Positions 57,972 through 64,000 of a DNA stretch of 64,000 nucleotides are shown here, piece after piece. The position numbers were made by a program, and so were the translations under genes. The stretch comes from an archaeon. GTDB taxonomy: Archaea; Nanobdellota; Nanobdellia; Woesearchaeales; GW2011-AR15. The stretch is taken from NCBI GenBank assembly GCA_018657065.1, contig JABHXU010000016.1, forward strand, positions 6,333-70,332, read 5' to 3'. The notes beneath the pieces were generated by a model. That model saw only the letters and a list, made by a program, of their open reading frames with translations, did no database searches and was not told the origin of the DNA. Position 1 is the stretch's first letter. Each line of letters begins with the position of its first letter.

Positions 57972-58245
57972 TAAGCTGAGGCTAGACTGGAGTGCTCATC
58001 CTACTCTGTAACCTTAAACGGATGTTGAAGGAGTCGAAGCTTAAGAAGCGGTATATTGGCTAAGTAATGGTCTTGGCTCGTACGTTGAAGTCCTGTCCTG
58101 TTTGACTGGCGCTTTTGAGAACCACGTCAGGTTGGGAACAAAGCAGCGTTAATCATTAATGCTGGTGCTTTCAGGGTAGCGGGATGGAGGAAAAGTCAAG
58201 GTAGCTGTTATTTGATCAGTGTATCCATTCTTTTGCGTGCCTCAC
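57972..58245 (+). ncRNA. Signal recognition particle RNA (archaeal 7S RNA)
   Basis: A GC-rich island sits in AT-rich DNA. The helix-8 (SRP54-binding) motif GTCAGG-TTG-GGAA-CAA-AGCAGCG at 58126..58148 parallels the E. coli GUCAGG-UCC-GGAA-GGA-AGCAGCC, including the GGAA tetraloop at 58135..58138. A 3' partner segment (gctggtgc...cagggtagc) follows. The 5' tgaggc (57977..57982) can pair with the 3' gcctca (58239..58244). A T7 run follows the 3' end, and a TATA-like tttaaaaa lies about 25 nt upstream. Confidence 0.7.
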
Positions 58246-58289
58246 TTTTTTTAACAAAATATAAATAATATTCTCTCTAATTAAATTTC

Positions 58290-58931
58290 ATGTGGGTAGC
58301 AAAATTCAAAATAACACATGATGACTGGATTCTTCCTAAAACACTAAAATATGATGTGTCTGCAACAGGTATTCCAGTAAATGCATATGAAAAAAACGGA
58401 AAAAAACTTCATTCAGGTATGGTTTTTTTGCATGGTAAAAAAGAAGATAAAGAAAAGTTTATTGAAAGTTTAAAACATGACAAATTCATTAAGGATATTG
58501 ATGTTAAAGGTAATCAAGTATATGTTTTAATTGAAGGAGAAGACGCGATAACACATGCATTTGATGCTTCCTTATTTTTTACTCAACCTGTTCTTTTAAA
58601 AAAAGGATATGAATATTGGGAACTAGGTTCATGGAATAGAGAAAGTTTAATAAAATTCTATAATAAAGTTAAAAAAATTGCAAGTATTGAAATTCTTCGT
58701 ATAAAACAAGAAATGCCTTCTGTTTTTATTCAACATACTATTCCTAAATTAACAAATAAACAGAGATTTGCTGTTGAACTTGCTATTGAAAAAGGATATT
58801 ATGAATATCCTCGAAAAATTTCTGTTCAAGAATTAGCAAAAATATCAAAATCTCCTCGAAGCACATTTCAAGAACATCTAAGAAAGGCAGAGAGTAAATT
58901 AATGAAAATACTTCTCCAATCTCAAAATTGA
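58290..58931 (+). CDS. HTH_10 (bacterio-opsin-activator-type HTH) DNA-binding protein
   Basis: The C-terminal LTNKQRFAVELAIEKGYYEYPRKISVQELAKISKSPRSTFQEHLRKAESKLM matches the HTH_10/COG3413 signature. Confidence 0.6.
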   Translation: MWVAKFKITHDDWILPKTLKYDVSATGIPVNAYEKNGKKLHSGMVFLHGKKEDKEKFIESLKHDKFIKDIDVKGNQVYVLIEGEDAITHAFDASLFFTQPVLLKKGYEYWELGSWNRESLIKFYNKVKKIASIEILRIKQEMPSVFIQHTIPKLTNKQRFAVELAIEKGYYEYPRKISVQELAKISKSPRSTFQEHLRKAESKLMKILLQSQN

Positions 58932-58999
58932 CCGTCATATGACTGTATAAATTAAATATATTAATTACAACATACTAGTGACATATAATTAAAATAAAG

Positions 59000-59659
59000 G
59001 TGAAAATCATGACAAAAAAACTATTTTGGGAAGATCCGTATCAAACTGAATGTAATGCCATTGTAACTTCAATAAATGAAAATAAAATAAAACTAGATCA
59101 AACAATTTTTTTCGCTTTTTCAGGAGGCCAAGCAAGTGATGAAGGAACAATAAATGGAATCAAAGTTATTAATGCTATAAAAGAAGGTGACAAAGAAAAC
59201 ATTGTTGATATTGAATATGAACTTGAAACTGTTCCAAAATTTAAAGTTGGTGAAGAGATTAAAGTAAAAATTAATGAAAAAACAAGATCTAACCTAAGAA
59301 AACTGCATAGTGCTGCTCATGTGTTTTATTATTTCTTTGTTGATACTCTTGGAAGACAAAAAATTATTGGTAGTAATATTGCTAAAGAAAAGGCACGAGT
59401 TGATTTCATATATAATGAATCATTAACAGAAAAACTACTCGAAATGGAAAAAGTAGTAAATGAATTCTTATCAGAAAGTCATGAAATCATAACAAAGCCT
59501 GATGAAAATAAACCAGATTTAAAATGGTGGAACTGTGAAGAATGGAAAATGCCATGTGGCGGAACTCATGTGAAAAATACAAAAGAAATAGGACAAATAA
59601 AACTAAAAAGAAAAAATATTGGATCAGGAAAAGAAAGAATTGAAATTTATCTTTCTTAA
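59000..59659 (+). CDS. AlaX-type Ala-tRNA editing protein (tRNA_SAD domain)
   Basis: A zinc-binding HxxxH (LHSAAHVFYY) and a CxxxH (CGGTHV) are present. The protein is 219 aa, as expected for AlaX-M. Confidence 0.8.
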   Translation: MKIMTKKLFWEDPYQTECNAIVTSINENKIKLDQTIFFAFSGGQASDEGTINGIKVINAIKEGDKENIVDIEYELETVPKFKVGEEIKVKINEKTRSNLRKLHSAAHVFYYFFVDTLGRQKIIGSNIAKEKARVDFIYNESLTEKLLEMEKVVNEFLSESHEIITKPDENKPDLKWWNCEEWKMPCGGTHVKNTKEIGQIKLKRKNIGSGKERIEIYLS

Positions 59660-59799
59660 TTATTCTATTAGTTCTAGTCTAAATATCCTTTTTTATATTA
59701 ATTATTTTAAAATATTCCCAAACTTCTTTATTTTAAAGAAATCTATTTTAAATTAATGTACATAAATAATACTTGATTAAAATATTAACGTCATAAACT

Positions 59800-61203
59800 T
59801 TATTTTACAGACTCATAATTTGTCCATTTAGGTTTTAAATTTAATTTTAAACATGCTTCATAAAGTATTTTAAATCTTTTTATTCTTTCTTTAAGATCTA
59901 ATTTGTTTTTTGTCGACCAGTTGCCACCAAGCATCTGTTCTTTAGAAGAAATATTAAATAATTTAGGTTCTAAATGTAGTGACGATCCTTTGTTAATTGT
60001 ACACAAATTCAGGCTATTAATTAAATCAATATGTGAAGACAAACTTTCTAATACTCGAATTGTTTCATATACATTTTCTCTAGTTTCTCCTGGAAAACCT
60101 ACAATTAAATTTATGCTTACAGATATCCCAGATTCTTTAGTATCATTAATTACTTTTTGGGCTGTTTTAGAAGTATATCCTTTTCTCATAGAATTTAAAA
60201 CAGCATCTGAAAAAGATTCTACTCCATATGAAATTGACATACAACCAGAAAATCTTATTTTCATCAATAATTCTGGTGTCATTTCTTCTCTTATTATACC
60301 TTGTCCATTCCAATTACATTTAATTTTATTTTCAATAATTAGGTCTGATAATTCTTCTAAAAATTTAATATTCCCATTCATAACTAAATCAACCGTTCTA
60401 AAAACATTTCTTTTGAATAACTCAATGTGTTTTTTCATCTCCTTCACAACATTTTTAGGGTTCCTTACTCTATAAGGAAATTGTTGAGGTGAATCTGAAC
60501 AAAAAGCACATTTCCTTATGCATCCTCTTGAAAACATTATTGGTAATGTATGTTTATCCTCATACAAATCAATTGGAAACAATTCATATATTGGGTCTGG
60601 AATTTGCAATGGTTTTAATTTTGATTTTGACTTTAAAATTAGATAGTCTCTTTTTTTATCTTTCCATACTTCAAATTCATTATTTTCTATTACAGGTGTA
60701 TTACTTTCCAACTTATTTAGTAAATATTGTATACTAACTTCTCCTTCATCTACAATAAAAAAATCTATTAACTCATCAAATATTCTTAATCGACTATTTT
60801 TCTCAAAAGCTAATCCTCCGTCAACAACTATTTTTGAATTAGTTTTTTGTTTTAAAGACTTTAAAACATAATTTAATATATTAACTGAATAAATATTTGC
60901 TGAAATTCCAATTAAATCATAGTTTTCAGAAGTTATTTCTTCAACAAATTTGTCTATTAAATTACTGTATTTTTCAAGAAGTTCTTTTTCCCAAAACAAT
61001 TGATCTTGTTTTTTCCAGACATTTCTCTCTTTTAACTCCATTTCATCATAAATTCTAATATTCATGTCAAAAATTTTTACTTCATAGTTTTTATTAGATA
61101 AAGCTCCTGCAATATATGCTAGTCCTAATGGTAGAGTTTCTATGTCCCAAGGAGGTAATTGAATAAGAAGTATTTTCATTATTAATAAAAAAATAACTAA
61201 CAA
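59800..61203 (-). CDS. B12-binding-domain radical SAM enzyme
   Basis: The rSAM motif is SRGCIRKCAFCSD. The N-terminal segment LLIQLPPWDIETLPLGLAYIAGAL is a B12-binding-like Rossmann. Confidence 0.8.
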   Translation of the reverse strand: MLVIFLLIMKILLIQLPPWDIETLPLGLAYIAGALSNKNYEVKIFDMNIRIYDEMELKERNVWKKQDQLFWEKELLEKYSNLIDKFVEEITSENYDLIGISANIYSVNILNYVLKSLKQKTNSKIVVDGGLAFEKNSRLRIFDELIDFFIVDEGEVSIQYLLNKLESNTPVIENNEFEVWKDKKRDYLILKSKSKLKPLQIPDPIYELFPIDLYEDKHTLPIMFSRGCIRKCAFCSDSPQQFPYRVRNPKNVVKEMKKHIELFKRNVFRTVDLVMNGNIKFLEELSDLIIENKIKCNWNGQGIIREEMTPELLMKIRFSGCMSISYGVESFSDAVLNSMRKGYTSKTAQKVINDTKESGISVSINLIVGFPGETRENVYETIRVLESLSSHIDLINSLNLCTINKGSSLHLEPKLFNISSKEQMLGGNWSTKNKLDLKERIKRFKILYEACLKLNLKPKWTNYESVK

Positions 61204-61231
61204 TTATAAAAATATTGGAAAACTCAATGTC

Positions 61232-62578
61232 CTAGACCCATTCAGGGATAAGGCCATTTTTTTTACAAACATTAACTAATTTATTAAGTCTTTTTACCCT
61301 TGATTCTTTATTATTACTATATTTGGCTGTCCAATCTAGGTTTTTTTGAAACTTAATATCAAATTTATCTGGATATTTTGAAACAAAACATCCCACTTGA
61401 ATTGAAAAAATATTAATACTATTTACTTGATCTATAAACATTGAATATTTCTCCAATAAATCTATTGTTATATCAATGTCTTCTTTTTTTTCACCTGGAA
61501 ATCCAACTAATAAATTAATTCCAACATTAATTCCTGCAAACTTTGTATTTTTAATAACTGTTATTGCTTCACTTGAAGAATAATCTTTGTCCATATGTTT
61601 TAATACATTATCTGAAAATGATTCTACTCCATAGGCAATATTATGACATCCAGACATTCTTAATTTTTTTAATAAATCCAGAGTCATTTCTTTTCTTATT
61701 GTTGCTTGTCCTGCCCAAGAAATTTTAATGTTTTTTTTATTTAACAAGTCTAAAAATCTCTCTAGAAAACTCATATCTCCATTTATAATTAAATCACACA
61801 CATGGTAATCAGTTCTTTCATATTTAATATAATTATTAATAATTTCATCAACAACATTTTTAGGATCTCTTATTTTAAATAAATTATATTCTTTTTTATC
61901 TGAACAAAAAGCACAATTTTTTTTACACCCTCTACTAAAAAAAATTGGAAGTCTTTTTTGATCTTCATATTTCTCTAATCTAAATTTTTCATAATTAGGA
62001 AAGTTAATATTTTTTAAACTAGGTGAAACCTTTGTAGAAAAAGTTATTAAGTTATTTTCTTGCACAACATTTAATTTATTTGATTTAAAATTACCCTTTA
62101 TTACATCAATTAGAATATTTTCAGCTTCACCATAAATTATAAAATCAATTAAACTTTTTTCAATTTTATTTGAGTATTCTTCTTTTGCTATTTTTCCACC
62201 AATTAAAATTTTTATAGATTGATTTTGTTTTTTTAGTTCATAAGAAATTTTATTTAGTAAAGAAATACTAAACATAGTTCCAACAAAACAGACAATATCT
62301 GCTTTTTTTGAAATTAATATCTTAAGAAGTTCTGAAAGTTTTGGATGATCAAAAACTTCTTTTTCCCAATATTTACACTTTTGTTTTTTCCAAATGGTTT
62401 TTGTTTCTTCTTCTGATAACAAAAATAATTCTAAATTCAAATCATAAATCTCAGATTTAATTGTTTTATCTTTACTCACTATTGCATCAAGATATGAAAC
62501 AATTATTGGAGGAGACTCAACTGACCAAGGAGGTAAATTAACAAAAAGTAATTTCATAAATTCAAGAACGTAAAACAT
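61232..62578 (-). CDS. B12-binding-domain radical SAM enzyme (tandem paralogue of the downstream gene)
   Basis: The rSAM motif is SRGCKKNCAFCSD. It shares blocks with 59800..61203: LPI[MF]FSRGC, RDPKNVV, GVESFSD and NLIVGFPGE. Confidence 0.8.
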   Translation of the reverse strand: MFYVLEFMKLLFVNLPPWSVESPPIIVSYLDAIVSKDKTIKSEIYDLNLELFLLSEEETKTIWKKQKCKYWEKEVFDHPKLSELLKILISKKADIVCFVGTMFSISLLNKISYELKKQNQSIKILIGGKIAKEEYSNKIEKSLIDFIIYGEAENILIDVIKGNFKSNKLNVVQENNLITFSTKVSPSLKNINFPNYEKFRLEKYEDQKRLPIFFSRGCKKNCAFCSDKKEYNLFKIRDPKNVVDEIINNYIKYERTDYHVCDLIINGDMSFLERFLDLLNKKNIKISWAGQATIRKEMTLDLLKKLRMSGCHNIAYGVESFSDNVLKHMDKDYSSSEAITVIKNTKFAGINVGINLLVGFPGEKKEDIDITIDLLEKYSMFIDQVNSINIFSIQVGCFVSKYPDKFDIKFQKNLDWTAKYSNNKESRVKRLNKLVNVCKKNGLIPEWV

Positions 62579-62599
62579 ATTTAAAAAATTTAGTATTAA

Positions 62600-63241
62600 C
62601 TATTCCATGATTTCAACACGACAACCTTCTGCTTTTTGCTTGAATCTAATAGCATCAGATTCTTCACCTACAATTTTTCCATAATGCATTGGAATTGCAA
62701 CTTTTGGCCTTATTTTTTTAACAGCTTGTACTGCTTCATCAGCAGTCATAACATATGTTCCTGAAACCGGTAAAAATGCAACATCTGCTATCACATCTGC
62801 CATCTCAGGTATAAAGTCTGTGTCTCCAGCATGATAAAATTTAATGTTGTTTATTTCAAAAATATATCCAACCCACTCATTTTCTTTAGGATGGAATGGC
62901 TTATCAATATTATATGCATGGACTGCTTTAATTTTTACACCTTTAACATCAAACTTTGCACCAGGTTTAGCTAATTCCATATGACCACCAATAACTTTAC
63001 CTGACAATTTACTTGTAGTATCTGGTGTTGTAATTATTATTGTGTCTTCTTTTACTAATTTTTTTAAATCCGGAATTGAACAATGATCATAATGTCCATG
63101 TGTAATTAAAATAATATCTGCTTTATCATGAACTTTTACTTCATAAGGATCTATATAAAGAATTTTATCACCAAATTCAAACCTATAAGAATCATGACCT
63201 AACCATTTAACTTTTACTCCTGAAAAATCTAATACTCTCAT
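62600..63241 (-). CDS. MBL-fold metal-dependent hydrolase (UPF0173-like)
   Basis: VKWLGHDSYRFEFGDKILYIDPY and ILITHGHYDHCS form the HxHxDH motif in a 213-aa protein. Confidence 0.75.
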   Translation of the reverse strand: MRVLDFSGVKVKWLGHDSYRFEFGDKILYIDPYEVKVHDKADIILITHGHYDHCSIPDLKKLVKEDTIIITTPDTTSKLSGKVIGGHMELAKPGAKFDVKGVKIKAVHAYNIDKPFHPKENEWVGYIFEINNIKFYHAGDTDFIPEMADVIADVAFLPVSGTYVMTADEAVQAVKKIRPKVAIPMHYGKIVGEESDAIRFKQKAEGCRVEIME

Positions 63242-63879
63242 GAATTTACACCTCGAAGTTTTTTAATTGCTTCAATTCTATCTTTATTCTTAAAAATATA
63301 TGATCCTGCTACAAAAATATTTGCTCCAGCTTTTTTAGCTTTTTTAATTGTAAAATCATTTATGCCACCATCCATTTCAATATTTTTTTTAAAACTATAT
63401 TTGATTCTAAGATTTTCAACCTTACTTAATACCTTTGAGATAAATTTTTGACCTCCAAATCCAGCATAAACAGACATAATTAAAACATAATCAATATCAT
63501 CTAAAACTTCTATTATTAGGTCTAAAGGATCATCTGGATTTAAAGCCAAACCAACTTTTACATTAAGTTTTTTAATTTCTTCTACAGCTTTTTTTAATTC
63601 GTTTTTAGAAAATAAAGATGCATGAAAACTAATCATATCACAAAATTTGGCAAATTCTTTTGCATATTTCAAAGGATTTGAGATCATTAAATGAACATCT
63701 ATAGGAAGATTTGTTTTTATATCTTTAACAACACAAGGTCCAATAGTTAAATTATCTACAAAATGTCCATCCATAACATCCACGTGTAATAAATCAACAT
63801 GTTTCTCAATAGATTTTATGTCACTATTCAAATTACCAAAATCTGCTGAAAGTATTGATGGAGCTATTTTTATTTTCAT
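63238..63879 (-). CDS. rpe: Ribulose-phosphate 3-epimerase
   Basis: MKIKIAPSILSADFGNLNSDIKSIEK...DLLHVDVMDGHFVDNLTIGP and GFGGQKF match RPE signatures. An ATGA overlap links it to the downstream gene. Confidence 0.85.
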   Translation of the reverse strand: MKIKIAPSILSADFGNLNSDIKSIEKHVDLLHVDVMDGHFVDNLTIGPCVVKDIKTNLPIDVHLMISNPLKYAKEFAKFCDMISFHASLFSKNELKKAVEEIKKLNVKVGLALNPDDPLDLIIEVLDDIDYVLIMSVYAGFGGQKFISKVLSKVENLRIKYSFKKNIEMDGGINDFTIKKAKKAGANIFVAGSYIFKNKDRIEAIKKLRGVNS

Positions 63880-64000
63880 ATTATTTCCACTATTAATGAT
63901 TCGATATAAGTGCTACCCTCTTCATCTTTTAATTCAAAAGATAATTTTGATATACCTTCACTATCTTTTGCTTTCAATGGTAAAGAAAATGCAACATAAT
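63876..64000 (-). CDS. 3' end of an unidentified gene (partial, runs off the window); stop TGA overlaps the rpe ATG
   Basis: The reverse frame reads ...VAFSLPLKAKDSEGISKLSFELKDEEGSTYIESLIVEII*, with no stops up to the window edge. Confidence 0.3.
   Translation of the reverse strand, partial: YVAFSLPLKAKDSEGISKLSFELKDEEGSTYIESLIVEII

Noticed and set aside
57972-58245. Alternative identity of the GC island as RNase P RNA (because of GGAGGAAAAGTCAAGG resembling the GGAAAGUCC of CR-I)
   Set aside because: The AGGAAAGUC-like element is at the 3' end, not the 5' end. CR-IV/CR-V-like motifs are absent. The helix-8 SRP motif match is far stronger.
1285-60737. Numerous short antisense or out-of-frame ORFs from the track (e.g. 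1285..1515, 1795..2013, 5209..5421, 5379..5693, 8522..8977, 9723..9959, 12078..12284, 13926..14108, 16085..16333, 16972..17202, 17867..18244, 23111..23395, 29599..29790, 30042..30314, 33165..33383, 34989..35234, 35681..35899, 40347..40694, 42009..42191, 43583..43801, 49348..49551, 50416..50604, 50601..50936, 54772..55023, 57149..57352, 57305..57559, 59903..60475, 60489..60737)
   Set aside because: Each is embedded in, or opposite, a longer ORF with clear conserved motifs, and none has recognisable domains. They are typical spurious ORFs of AT-rich DNA.
1-64000. CRISPR arrays, transposases/IS elements, integrases, prophage genes, rRNA
   Set aside because: No regularly spaced direct repeats, no DDE/serine/tyrosine recombinase signatures and no rRNA-like GC islands were seen. 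The only GC-rich islands are the SRP RNA and a 20-mer.

Overview
The window is a very AT-rich (about 28% GC) chromosomal segment that is almost certainly archaeal. Housekeeping genes include a class I lysyl-tRNA synthetase with HIGH and KMSKS motifs, a proteasome beta subunit, an aCPSF1/FttA-type KH plus beta-CASP nuclease, an archaeal-type 7S SRP RNA, TrmB- and HTH_10-type regulators, an AlaX-type editing protein and SecD/SecF. Genes are tightly packed, with many ATGA start/stop overlaps and likely leaderless starts about 25 nt downstream of TATA-like boxes. There are also several bacterial-like accessory genes (Tat signal, PspC, OmpR-type wHTH, NodU carbamoyltransferase, peptidase S51), which fits a small-genome, DPANN-like archaeon, though I am not confident of that assignment. 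About 70 CDS are supportable. I found no CRISPR array, transposase, integrase, rRNA or canonical tRNA.

The most interesting region is an island at about 24.5 to 42 kb. It contains three B12-binding radical-SAM enzymes, two of them translationally coupled with a PP-loop ATP pyrophosphatase. A NodU/CmcH carbamoyltransferase there is ATGA-coupled to a large polytopic, GT-C-like membrane protein. The island also has a second large membrane protein, two paralogous membrane-anchored TPR proteins, a polysaccharide deacetylase, a GT2 (DPM-synthase-like) and an EEP-family hydrolase. I read this as a putative, uncharacterised envelope glycan or lipid modification system. A second tandem pair of B12-rSAM paralogues sits at 59.8 to 62.6 kb, making five in 64 kb.

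Two otherwise full-length, conserved genes (an NAD-dependent epimerase and a VOC/glyoxalase-fold protein) each carry a single in-frame TAG, even though TAG is used as a genuine stop elsewhere (followed by a perfect hairpin plus T-run terminator). Other notable items are a GC-rich island that is a 7S SRP RNA with a recognisable helix-8 GGAA motif, a membrane-anchored protein with about 100 residues of K/A/V-rich histone-H1-like repeats, a Tat-signal protein, a standalone Cas4-like nuclease, and several Cys-rich lipobox proteins.
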